From positions 12,274,286 to 12,338,285 of the forward strand of contig CM082581.2 in NCBI GenBank assembly GCA_040954595.2: DNA of 64,000 nucleotides, given 5' to 3'. Below the pieces are notes generated by a model. The model was not told where the DNA came from. It worked only from the letters and a program-made list of their open reading frames with translations, and ran no database searches. This stretch comes from Balanoglossus misakiensis (taxonomy: Eukaryota > Animalia > Hemichordata). Made by a program: the position numbers and the translations under genes. Shown piece by piece: positions 14,286-26,383 of the stretch (position 1 is its first letter; the number at the start of each line of letters is the position of its first letter).

Positions 14286-17200
14286 TTATCGTTTTGCAAC
14301 AGTTGTCCATCCATCTTCTTGTGAGTCTTCTTCCCTGGGAGGTTTCCTGGCTCTTTCCACAGGCTCAGCTCTTGGTCTTCTGTCGTCTCTATCACGACTA
14401 GGTGGACCACGATCTTCTCTTGGGATGTCACGCCAGCTTCTGCCCTCTGGAGGTCCTCCACGTCGATCCCTGTCATCTCTTGGGGGTGGTGGAGGTCCAC
14501 GATCGTCACGGTCACTCGGCCCCCAACGATCTCTCTCACCTCTAGGTGGACCTCTAGCAGGTGGTGGCCCCCTGTCTTCACCACGTCGCCAGTCACGATC
14601 ATCTGAAAACCTTTCATCCCTCGGTGGTCCTCGTGATGGAGGTCCCCGGCGCCAATCTCCCTCATCGTCTCTAGGTGGCGGTCTTCTCCATGGATCATCT
14701 CTTGGTGGGCCTCGTGGTGGACCATCATCTCGTCTCCAGCGATCATCTGGCGGGGGACCACGTCTATCCGAGTCATCTCTCCGGCGCCAGTCCGTATCTG
14801 GTGGCGGTGCACGTCTATCTCGGTCATCTGGTGGAGGGCCACGCCTGTCTCGATCATCAAAAGGACGACGTCTATCGCGGTCATCAAAAGGACGTCTGTC
14901 ACGGTCATCTGGGGGAGGTCCACGGCGGTCTCGGTCATCGGGGGGAGGTCCACGTCGGTCTCGGTCATCAGGGGGAGGTCCACGCCTGATGCGGTCTTCT
15001 GGTGGTGGGCCACGGTCGTCCAGAGAAGCCCAGCGTCTCTCACGGTCTTCTGGAGGAGGTGCACGCCTGTCGCGGTCGTCCGGAGGAGGTCCAGATCTAT
15101 CACGGTCATCCACTGGAGGTCTCCGCCTATCAAAATCATCTGGTGGTGGTCTTCTTCCATCTGTATCATCTGGTCTGTCTTCACCTTCCTCACCTGCTGG
15201 CTGCTTACGTAACCAGGTGCTGTCCTTCTCCTTTACTCTTTCTCTCCAACCACCTTCCCTTACTGCAGGCCGCCAAGGTCCAGAATGCTCTTTTGGTGGC
15301 TCGTCTGCTTTAGAACTAAAGTAGAGATTACAGAAATAAGCAAGATTTTCAAAGAATTATACTGGATTTAAAAAAAAGTGATGACAGTACACAGCAATAT
15401 ATTGCTGACTTACTTGCTAAGAAAAGGTTTGTAAAACTCTTTCACCCCCACTTTATGATATACTGAACTCTCGCTAATCAGCAGCTATCAGTTTCCCTGG
15501 TGATGCAATAAAGTTTCCATATTGAAAATTTAACTTCACACTTACGAGCTTCTCCAAGACTCTCTACCACCATCCCGATCGTCTCTTCCCCATCCAGGAC
15601 CTCTTCTATCAGGTTCCCTCTCATGACTTACGACTCTTTCCTCGTGTTTTTTCGATAACTTTTCTTCAATTTCTCTTTCCCTGAACAAAATAAAACAAAA
15701 TTTACACTTCAGGCATGTCTGAGTAATGGTTGTAGACAGCAATACATAAATCCCGGCGATTACATCTTTTGAGGACTAAATATGTACATGTACTTGTAAA
15801 TAATAATTGGAAAAGGTTCATTTTGACTCAATGAACACACCACCATATATCTGTTGCACTGATAATTAAAAGGATGAGAGGAATATATCAAATGCAAATG
15901 CATTATAATGTTGATTCCACACCTGGCTCTCTGTTTAGCAGCTTGCTCTTCCAACTTGGCCAATTTCTCCCGGTATTCTTCCTCCTCTTGTTCCTGTAGT
16001 TTGCGCTTTTCAGCTTCCTCTCTCTCCCGCTCTGCAAAAATTAAAATTAATATTTTGTCAGGATTATTATTGTTCTGCTTCGTTATTTCTTCCTGAATAT
16101 ACAAACTGAAAATAAATTTGACAATAAACATGTTCACATTGCTTAATTTTGGAGGTTTGAACAAACATATCTCAGTGGAAGGGATGCTGTTCAAAGCATT
16201 TTTACACTTTCAAACTTCAACAAAATCTTGTCACAGATGATCATAAAAGAGGCCTACAATTGTTTTCTCTTACCTCTAACTGCTTCTTCATCTTTCCTCC
16301 TTTGTTCTTCTTCTTGCCTCTCTTTCAACCATTTTTGTCTTCTCTCTTCCTTCCTTCTCTCTCTCCTCTGCAGAAGCCTTGCTTCTCTTTCTTCTTCAAA
16401 ATCTTTCTCAAATTTATCAAATTTTTCCTATTGAGAACATTTGACATTAAATCAGTGATTGTTTATGCTCTCCATGTTATTGTTAACACCATAAGTAACT
16501 TATTTTCCAAAACAATCAAAATGTTGACTGCACAGTATGAGAAGCACACTAAACTCAAGAAATGCACACCTTGTACACAGATGATCTGGCATCTTTCAGG
16601 GAATTCAAGAATTTATCCTTTTCTTCAGTTAGGAGCGACAGACGATCTCTTTCTCTTTTGGCCAATTCACGCTCTTCTATCAGTCTTTTGATCTGATAAA
16701 AAAGAAAGATATAAATTAAGAGCACTAACAAAATAGAACTGGCATTATACCAAGGCTTCAAAGCCAGCACTGAATAAGAAGTCAAAAGTGTCGTACATGT
16801 ATGACAATATGAAGCTGTACGGAGCTGCAAAATGCACATGATCATGGTTTGTCTTTGTTCCAGAAAGACAATTCACATACCCTTTCCTCTTCTTGTTGTT
16901 CCCACCTCTCTCTGTCCTTCACAGCATTCTCCTCTGCTTCTTTCTTCAGCAGAGGGATTTCTTCGATTCTTTGTGCTCGGGCAGAATAATCAATCTGAAA
17001 AGTGGAAATCACTATGCAACCATGAGTCCGAATCCAGAAAACCCCCAAAGAAATCACAGATTCCAATTCACAATATGTAACCATGACCCGCATATATCTC
17101 TCTCTATAAACCATGGTCAAACTCCTATGGGACATTGTGGTTGAAAAATGATATATGAACCACAATACATAATACACAAGATGATTTGTTACTTGCCTTC

Positions 17201-20200
17201 TTTTCTTGAGTTTTCAATCGAAGTTGAAGTTCCTTCTTCTCCTGCTCTAACTGCTGCACTTGTTTGGCCATGATCTCATCAGCATCCATGTCTTTCAATT
17301 CCTACAAAACAATGCAAAGTAAGTGTCAGTGCTGTTGATATCAATGAAATGTTGTAGGTGTGGATGAGGTAAATTCCAAAGACTACAATTTGGAATCAAC
17401 TGATAGGTAAAACAAACATTACGTACATCAATGTCCAATTTCTTCAAAGTCCTAGCGCCAATGGCAGTCTTCTTGAGACTTTCAATTCTATCCATTGTTT
17501 GTTTCTGTTGGATCTGCCTGTGTTCTTCTTGTCTGCGTCTCTTCTCTCTCTCTTCTGCTTCTCTCTCCAATCGACGATGTTCCGCTTGCAGAGCCGCACG
17601 TTTCTGTCTTTCCAGTTCTTCTTGCTCCTCCTTTTCCTGTACATTTCGTGAATAACAATGTTTACGTTTGTGGTCTCAAATTAAGTGTGAAAAATCAAAA
17701 CTCACAGAAACTGACAATCCTGGGACAGAGAATCCACAACCAAGTCCGGGTCTCGAACAACCCACAATCCTCCGATTGGGAGTCCGGTACCCTTACTACT
17801 AGGCTAATGATATTCTCACAGAGACAAAAGCTACGCATTACCCTTTGTGTATTAAGACTCTCCAGATGTTCCTTTCTTTCTTCAATGATGTGTCTACGAG
17901 CCAAAATGCGTAGATGTTCCTTTTTAGCACTGCGTGCATAACTCTGGGCTATAGCCTGCCTCTGCTCTCCTCTCTCAACCTGGCGGATGAAAGAAAGATG
18001 GCGTTAGAACGGGAACAGTAACAAGTCACACCCAGACTCAAAATGGGTCTGCCAAGATGGCTGCCCAAGAAAATAAGTCTCCAAGCATCATTTCAATTGT
18101 TTTGCATACCCTGGATAGCATGACCTTTGGTGTGATTGAGAGCACTTCTCTTACCTGGATATTGGGAGGATTGATCAAAGCCACTGCTTTCTGCAATGCA
18201 GCAGACATTTGCGACAGTTGATTCTTGATCTGTTCAGAGGCCATATCCTGCAAGTGGGGACCTTCTAATTCATCCGCTCCTCCAGTTGAAACACCGAGAT
18301 CAGCACCAAAATGCAGAGATCTTGTGCGGTGGTCTATCTGGACCTGTAGAAGGAAAGAAAAAGTATGATTTAAAGTTGAAGAGAGATGGTATGTGTGTAG
18401 CTATGCACCTTCCTACAGGCAAACCACAAACCTACCTACACACACACACACACACATGCGCGCACAACTTTATTTACAGTCAAATTTCGATTACCTGTAA
18501 AGCTCCACTTCTTGATGCTTCCACAATAATCTTCTCCAAGTGAAACTCTGAAGAAAACTTCGCCAACTCAGCTAACCTTGAGAATTGTATAGTTTGGTAC
18601 ACCTGAGAGACCTATGAACATAAAAACGGGGTAAAGATGACTGTTCGTTCCTTAATAATGGCATATGTTTGAAATATGAATCCCTTGGTAAACTTAAACT
18701 GCTTACAACACATCTATCCAGGCTACATCAACATTACCTGGCTGATAAGTCTTGTCAAGGTCACATCCTGCAATGCTGGCACATACTGTGATAACTCCAA
18801 CTCGTTGGCTTCTTGTAGGAAATCAAGAATTTGGGTGACTCTCTCACAGAGACAGAGAGGATGAAACTCCACTTCCAGCCACTTGAACAAGTCTTTCAAC
18901 TGCGGCAGAACATGCTGCACTACATTGTACTTCACCTGATGAAAGAGATGAAATTTGAAAATCAGATGGATGAAAGTAGGCAAGTGTGGAATTTACAGCA
19001 TTATTAGCTATCATCACAGATATAAAATGGTTGAAGACAATACTAACCAAGTCCTTGATGAGTTGACTTCTGCTGGGAGCGCTCTGCAAGCCAAGCAAGT
19101 TGGCCAATTTGCGTTGCTTTTCTGTGTGCACCTCTCGCATATCCAATACACTTGTGATAACACTGCGTGGCTGAATAATCTGGATTGACAGCGTCGCTAG
19201 AAGAACTCGGGATGCCATTCTAGTAAGAGGACAAGGAAGAGAGTCAGCCAGCTTGTTATGAATTCAATCACTTGTAAGCAAAAATTCAACCAATAGTAAT
19301 ACCTGTGTTAACAAACCTCTAAATGTACAGGACCTAAGTTAAGATCCGGAATCATTGACAATTTTCAAAGGATTCCCAAAGCCACTCAAAATTTCTGGAG
19401 TTCATAGATAACTACACTCAGTTACCTTTGGATTTCATCAGATGACAGGTTTTTTCTTTGTTCTCTCGACAGCTGCAGCAATCTGTGCAGGGCACAGGCA
19501 TGGAACAGGTAATTGCCAGACTTCCAGAACACTAATCCCAGTTTGAGATAATAGTTTGCCATGAGCTGTGGCTTTGGTGGTTTTTTGGACAATGTCATCA
19601 GACCGTGAACATCTTCAATTGCCTTGTATGCCTCCTGTGTTGGAAAACAAACATTATCAGGACACGGAAGTTTTCCAGGATTTTGTCCTCTTTCCACAAA
19701 GGGATTTGGAATTACAGTGTATTTGAAATTTAGAGTCACCAAATCAGCCAAAAGTCCAAATTTAACAATATACACATCAGAACTACATACCTGCCACAAT
19801 TCCATGCTGATAGCATTATCCAACTGTACAAGCCTGGTTTCCAGGTGCATTGCCTGGCTTTCAGGGTTGTTGAGGTTGATGGAAGAAGCCTGGTTCTGGT
19901 ATTTGGTGATCAGTCCCAGATGGTTCCTCAGCTGTGGAGAGTTTGAAGGGAATCAGGTATGCGTAAAATCGGTGAATTAACACTGTAATTCACTCAAGCA
20001 AGCAGTGATTTGAGCTTACGAGGACCACGATTGAAAATCAGTTGTTTTGAGAAACAACAGTTAATTTATGTTGGTAACTTACGTTCTCACATAGTTTGCG
20101 AAATTCAGTTTTCCTAGTGTACTTGTGACAGAACTTAAAAGCTGCAAAAGAAACACAAACATGAAGTTTAATACAAATATTGCCTACAGAATAACAATAA

Positions 20201-21466
20201 ATGCATGTCTTTTGGAGGTTTTCAAGGGAAGCACTTGACACTGAAGCAGTGATAAACAGTTCACACCTTGCTGCGCAATATCCTGGTACAACCGTTCCAC
20301 TCTTGTGTTGTTCCTGAGGAGGTCCAAACACTGTCTGTATGATTCCCACAGAAACTTCACCCATGGTGTCAGCAACACGCGGTCGGTACGGTCATGAGTG
20401 TCCTCACCACTGACAGCACTCAGCAGTAAACTGGGAAGAATAAGTGTAGAAAGGCGATGGGTAAGAGATCATAGAGCCACAAGTCAACATCACATCTGAG
20501 TATTAACATGATGAAAAGATATCACTGTGCATGGAGAAAGCATGCACATTATTTCAATGAAACACAACCATGAGGGACAACCATTCAAACTACTTGCTTA
20601 CCTTTCTGGTGTTGTTATTTGGTCCAAATCATCAATGTCATCCACCATCTGCTTGGATTCCTCCTTTGCGGCCTCTGTCTTCTCCTCTGCAAGTCTTAGG
20701 TAACTCCTCACCACATCTTCAAGTGACTTGATGTTCACCTATAACACCAATATTGTACATCTATTTTTCAAGGGACTGCTCAGCCGAGTCAGTTTGTCAA
20801 AGTCATTGAAATACCATTTGCACACTGTATTTATACCACTCTATTCTGATATGGATGGAAACAAACTAATGGCACATACCTGTTGACAGATGTTCTTGTA
20901 TTGGTAAAGTCCCTCCTTGGCAATATGGCTCTTTCGCAAGTCTACACAGAGCTGCAGATATTTCTCCATGATTGGTTCATGGATCTTCTGCCATGTTCGA
21001 TGCTTCTTGCTTTTGATGACATCATACAATGCATCCAAGGCTGGCTGCTTCTTTCCCACATCAATAAATTCTATAAGGATAAGATGCATATGAATAAATA
21101 CCTTCTCAATCAAATCAAACGACTTCCCATGTCATTGTCATGGTATGCAATATTTCTAGCACTGCAATGTACACGCTGATCATGCATGTCTGGAAGAGCC
21201 GTTGGAAATGTTTGGGGAATTGCATTGGGAGACAAGCAATCGAACATTATTCATACATCATCATCATCACATTAACTCAGTTGGCCCCTTTCCCCGATTA
21301 TAACGGTTAATGAATGGTTTCTCGACCGGGTTAAATCACATGCAAAAAAGCCTGTAGACGTAACATATGGACGTCACACTCAGACAGGCGAACACGAGCA
21401 CACGCACGACGCCTTACCATTTGCTCTTTTCAGAGCGTTTTCGGGTCTTTGGAAGTAGGTCGGCAT
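14286..21466 (-). CDS. EIF3A: Eukaryotic translation initiation factor 3 subunit A, 20 coding exons, about 1247 aa
   Basis: Exons (minus) 21466-21418, 21070-20880, 20738-20602, 20430-20267, 20141-20083, 19931-19791, 19634-19426, 19219-19048, 18935-18738, 18611-18495, 18343-18155, 17979-17842, 17636-17427, 17301-17197, 16994-16881, 16692-16570, 16427-16274, 16031-15923, 15680-15546, 15315-14286 (3744 nt). Starts [45 protein letters not shown], followed by the PCI domain, coiled coil, D/R/G/P repeats and C-terminal DGWTTVAKR. Confidence 0.98.
14740..15150 (-). repeat. Coding tandem repeat of about 30 nt ([10 protein letters not shown]-like decapeptides) in the eIF3a last exon
   Basis: Repeated [10 protein letters not shown] / PFDDRDRR units are visible in the translation; animal eIF3a proteins have a 10-aa D/R/G/P repeat region. 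Confidence 0.85.
17742..17806 (-). mobile_element. Degenerate tRNA-like sequence (probable tRNA-derived SINE head) in eIF3a intron 12
   Basis: Minus strand reads TAGCCTAGTAGTAAG (A-box-like), CCGG-ACTCCCAA-TCGG (anticodon-arm-like), GTGGGTTGTTCGAGACCC (B-box/T-arm-like with an insertion). The acceptor stem does not close, so this is not an intact tRNA. Confidence 0.55.
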
Positions 21467-21846
21467 CTTTCACGACAGCACAATTATCAAATGCAATATT
21501 TCCCGCCCAAGAATGGGCTAATCTTCCATTAACAATGGACTACCACCAGATATTTTCGCGTGGTCATTCAGAGTTTCAACACCAAAGATGGCGCAACTTA
21601 GAAACCCGACCATGTGGGGCGTGACGTCACATCCTCCTGACCGTGGAGTTAAACTGATTTTTGATAACTTTAACAATATATCTTCTATAAAAGTACCAAA
21701 ACAATGTATGAAAGTCAAATTGCGGTAAAGTTACGCATGTTTGACATGGAGTATTGAACAATTACTATAACTTTTTAATATTAATACTTCAGATGCATGA
21801 TGGGAAATGATATGACCTTACAGTGAACTTCCTGTCGGTGTCAAGA
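21467..21846. promoter_or_regulatory. Bidirectional promoter shared by EIF3A and DENND10
   Basis: The two ATGs diverge only 380 bp apart. Motifs: E2F-like TTTCCCGC 21499-21506 and TTTTCGCG 21553-21560, YY1-like AAGATGGCG 21585-21593, perfect CRE TGACGTCA 21622-21629, ZNF143-like GCATGATGGGAAATG from 21795, ETS-like ACTTCCTGT 21827-21835. Confidence 0.75.
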
Positions 21847-24015
21847 ATGGCGCTTGCTGACCTTCAGGGAGCAGGTTTGATAGGTAAGTTGACATTGCTC
21901 ATAATATATTGGGTGTTGTGTACCAGGAATGGAGCTACATAATCATATCAATTGACCCCTTCAACTCAAAGCTCCGATTCGTTGTTACTTTTGAAAACGA
22001 TCCAGGGCAGCTGAAAAGGGGAGGGGCAACCCGGAAATGGTCGTCGGTGAATGATCTGAAATGGTCATCAACGTGTTTTGGGATACAAGGGCATCACTTT
22101 TGATGTTTTCATTTACATGCAGAAAAAGACAGACGTGGTGATGTGTTGTGGACATGGTCTTATCCAGCAATAACACCTGACAAACGAAATCTCCTGTTGA
22201 AGAAATGTTGTTTGAAAGCAGACAGTGACAGTGTGGTTACATTTGTCTATGGGCAGTTCGGAAGACAATGGCATTATATCTACACTACGCCAGTAGAAGA
22301 ATCCAAAGTTTTATCGAAGGTAAAAACAACCTAGGAGTTCATATTGCCATATGATAATTTAAGGTCAAGACTACAGTTGTTATCAGTGACAGTGAGTGTA
22401 ACTCTTTAATTAGGCATAACACAACATACATTACATGATCATGTTGGTTTATCATAATTCATTTCAACATTTTCAGGTGAAATACATTTCTCTTGTGCTG
22501 CTGTCCAGAGATTACAATCCAGAAAAATATGAAACACTTTGTCAGATTTTAAGTAAAGCCTACAAAGAAACTGGCAACCCGGCAACACTCTTAGAAAGCT
22601 ATCTCTCAGTACTAACTAAAGGGTCGTGTCCAAGTGAAGACAATGGAACTTTTGTAGTCAAGGAGTATGATGTGCGGAAAGCATATGTGGCAGCATCTAT
22701 CAAAGGTCAGAGGCCAAATGTTATTCTTCTGGGTCAAATTGACCCTGTGTACATAAAGAATATGAACATTATGATATCATTTTCTTATATAAATATTTCA
22801 GGTCAAACTCTTGAAATAGAGTGTATATGGTTATCATAAGTGATTGTTTTCCGATATCATTTCAGATGTAATCAATGTGTTTGGAGTTGAAACCATATTA
22901 ATCTACACAGCATTGTTGCTGAAAAAAAGAATTGCAGTATATCATTCAAGGTTAGAAGACTTGCTTGAGTTTACAAGGTACGTCATCGGTATGATGAATG
23001 AATTTACTGTTATTTGCCATCTTGTCCTAATACCCCTTTGCCAGCCAAGATCTCACAATTACACCATTCTTACTTGTACCATGTATAGAGCTCTTCCGAC
23101 ATTAGTGTGGCACCGACAGAACTGGTCCATCTTGTTTCCCTATGTACATCTTGACCCAGAAGAGGAAGCAGACTGTCAGAGCAATGTGACCTACATACTT
23201 GGCAGCTTAGATCCAAGCATAGAAACAAGATCAGATCTTTATGATCTGTTTGTAAACGTACCAAACCAGGAAATCATTGTTGCAACACAAGCCAAAGGTA
23301 TAACATCTAGTTTTATTTGTCAAGCAAAGTGAACACAAAGTTTGCAGACATGACAGTAGTTTTTGGTGCATGAAACCGGGTAAAAACAAATGGTTGCAAT
23401 GCAGTTTGATTGTAGCTGTAGGTGGCGCTGTCCAAACTATGCTGTAAGCTGTGATTTTCTATATTGAAAAAAAACTTCCTTTTATAGTAATACGAACTTG
23501 GACAATACATCAGATACCTGTGCAAATTCTCTATTAATGTAATTGACATGAAGTCCATATCTTCCCCCACAGAGGCATTGAGTATGGGAAAGCTTCACAA
23601 AGAGATTGCACAGATTATGGTGCAGAGTGCAGAAGATACAGACAAGAGTAACCAACAAGTTATTAAGGTCTGTTCAGTTTACAATACAAGATAGTTTCAT
23701 ACTCCAAATGTGTGTCTTCTGGTTTCCTGTAAAAATTACCAGTTGTTGACGATTCCTGGACTGATGAATACATAGATACAACATACAGAAATGTTGATAA
23801 CATTGTCTTCTTCCTCTCCCCATGCCCCTGACACCATCCAGGAGATTGCAGTGAAAACAAAAGAAGTCATCAACATTTTAAAGTCACTTGCAACTCCGAA
23901 TGAAGATGGAAAATCCAAGATCACCTTGGAAGTCATCAAAGAACAACAGAAGTCAGCAGTCATGGAAAATTTCCTCTTCAACTTGGCAACGGCAGAGGGG
24001 TTGGTTCAGTTCTGA
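21847..24015 (+). CDS. DENND10: DENN domain-containing protein 10 (FAM45A), 7 exons, about 350 aa
   Basis: Exons 21847-21883, 22123-22319, 22477-22705, 22866-22977, 23089-23297, 23573-23667, 23842-24015 (1053 nt, GT-AG). Motifs GLIEKDRRGDVLWTWSYP, DYNPEKY, FGVETILIYTALLLKKRIAVYH, ALPTLVWHRQNWSIL, MGKLHKEI and ENFLFNLATAE. Confidence 0.93.
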
Positions 24016-24396
24016 GAACAGCCAATGTGGCTGCTGTCTCTTTTTCCAGTTGATACCCCACCCTGAACAAAGAACGTAAAATCTTACAATGCAAAATTGG
24101 TATGAATGTAAAAAGGCTTTTAAAGTTAGCTTGATATAGCTAAATATACTTTATACATAGCTGGCTTAAAGACATGGGATTCTGATGGCTCAGGATAGAA
24201 ATGTACAAAAGAGCCAAGAAAAACAAGAAATTTGACACAATTTCAAGCTAAAAGCACATTTTTTTCTTACATGATTCACAAGTTATTAACTTCCAGACTT
24301 CATGTTGCTTTCTGAATGATGACTGCCAGATTTGATGACATTTCTTAAAATATAATTTTTGACATTTTAGACCACTTTATTTCATACATGTATATA

Positions 24397-24402
24397 AATA
24401 AA
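24397..24402 (+). terminator. Likely polyadenylation signal of DENND10
   Basis: AATAAA about 380 nt after the stop codon. Confidence 0.4.
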
Positions 24403-26383
24403 CAAGGATTCAGTCCCCAGTTAGATAATTCTGTGTCGTCTATTAAAGAGGAGAATCCAGCCAATTGAAATATTCATTTCAAAGATGCTATATACTCTTT
24501 CTTAAAATGATTGCTGATTGGGGTAAAATCTACAATTTAGTGCGTCACTGAAATACTAACAGCCGGAGCTAAACTTGGCAAAGAGGTCATTTCATTGATT
24601 CAATCAAACCCTTTATACAGTGGCTGTATATGACCAACAATGTGATGCGTTGGTTTATGAAAGAGATATATGATGGCGTGTAATTGATACACGAAAATCC
24701 TAAGTTAAAGACTCCGCCCCTGGTGAGAGGACATAATCATTTTCCCCTTTGTGAGTACGAAACGTCCACGGTGAAGGATACGCCTTGTATTGTTATGAAC
24801 TGGTTTTTCGAGGTCACGGGTATAAGCCCATTTTCTTTTTTGTGCTTGCTCTACTTTCTTTACGTTTCTCTACGTCGAATAGTACCAAAGATGTGTAGAT
24901 GGGAATTGAATCATACAGAAAGCTTCAACCCAACTACTTTGGGGTGAGAGGGGTTCGTTGCCCTGGTGAAAAATTTGCCCTGTAAAGATAGCCGCGTTTT
25001 CTTTTCTAAGTTGCATGTGCGCACTTGTCCACGTTCCGCATATATGACAATAAATAATCATTACTAAGCACGGAGCCGAGACGACCTGTCAACACTGTGT
25101 CCACCCATGCACTTCACTGAAGGCTATACGTCAGAAAGTTGCATGGCGACGAGTTCTTGGGGGTGTCCCCTCGAAAACAGTACACTATAAATAGCATTAT
25201 GCTAGAGTAAGGCACCGATCGATTGCGAAGTACCAAGAGAGTTACTGTTTACCTGGCTGTCCATAGTTACAGGTTACGTAATCGAAAAGCAAGGGAGAGT
25301 GGTTTTCAGACTCAGAAGAGTGTTAACACGGGATGAAAGCATGGCTTTATCTACATGACTGAGATAGCCGAGTGACTCACCCAGTGTATGCAACGAGACA
25401 CAGCAACCAACAAACCCAAGTCTACTATAGATTTTTCTTGTTTTTTTCGGTAGGTGGATGATATTTACAATTTTTAAACCAGCTTACGTTTCATAAGAAG
25501 GCACAAAGTTGACGGTTGAAGGTCCTCCCTCCCATTTATAACTTCTTTAATAACTTTTAAAGATCGTTATCATACCGGGTTGTCATGTTATTCAGTTTGA
25601 AAGGTAGAAAAAGTTTCCTGTTGAAGAATTCGTGATTTTAACTAAATGTCACCGTTAAAATAAATTGTCAAAGTGACTTAAGTGTTAGCATATAGCACCA
25701 AAAGACGCAGATATTTGTTTATACACAACATCGCCAGTAAAATGGACATTGGACCAATATATTATTACAGACTTTTCATTAGACAGGTAAAGCCACAGCA
25801 CGTATGCATTCATTTCTTGTGTTCGCTGTCAATGCTGGAGGCGTAGAGTCGCCGTTGTCACAATAGTGGGCCACTTTGTCTACTGTTCAGCGTTTAGTTT
25901 GTGAAGCAAAAGTGAAAATCGATAGCGTTGAATACACACAAGGGATTTATTCACCTTCGAATGGGGAGTAGGTTCTAGCAGTTGTGTGTGACCATACTTA
26001 TGAACACCACGACAGGAGATTATCGTTATAGTGTTATATTTTGACACAGCTTGGAGACCCTCGTTTATAGGCAGTGGCATTGCAGTCCCGGTACCGATAC
26101 CTCAGCCATCAAATTCTTTCTTTGTATGTTATTAAATTGGTCAGCAGAGGCCTTTGCACTACTATGATCATTTCTTTGTAATTTAACGACTCACAGTTTA
26201 CTGCCTGGTTGAATTGATAGAGGAACTTTTACGACCTTCTCCGACAGCCTCTGGTATTACTCTTCTTACTGGCAGTGTTGTCCCACCATTTATGTTTGCA
26301 ACTTTCCCCCAAGTGACGGGGGAAAATACTGACTATCTCGACCTTCCGATCAACAGGTGTCAATTCGAAATTGAACTTCAACA

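Noticed and set aside
14740-15150. Regular 30-nt repeats that could be mistaken for a CRISPR-like array
   Set aside because: They are degenerate in-frame coding repeats of eIF3a, with no unique spacers and no cas genes, in a eukaryotic context.
14246-15324. Long alternative-frame (315 aa, -) and antisense (299 aa, +) ORFs over the eIF3a last exon
   Set aside because: These are shadows of the repetitive D/R/G/P codons, which lack stops in those frames; there is no independent coding signal.
18962-19017. C/D-box-like pair GTGATGA...CTGA in eIF3a intron 8 (minus strand)
   Set aside because: Only 56 nt long, no terminal stem, the D box is about 26 nt from the 3' splice site, and no rRNA complement was recognised.
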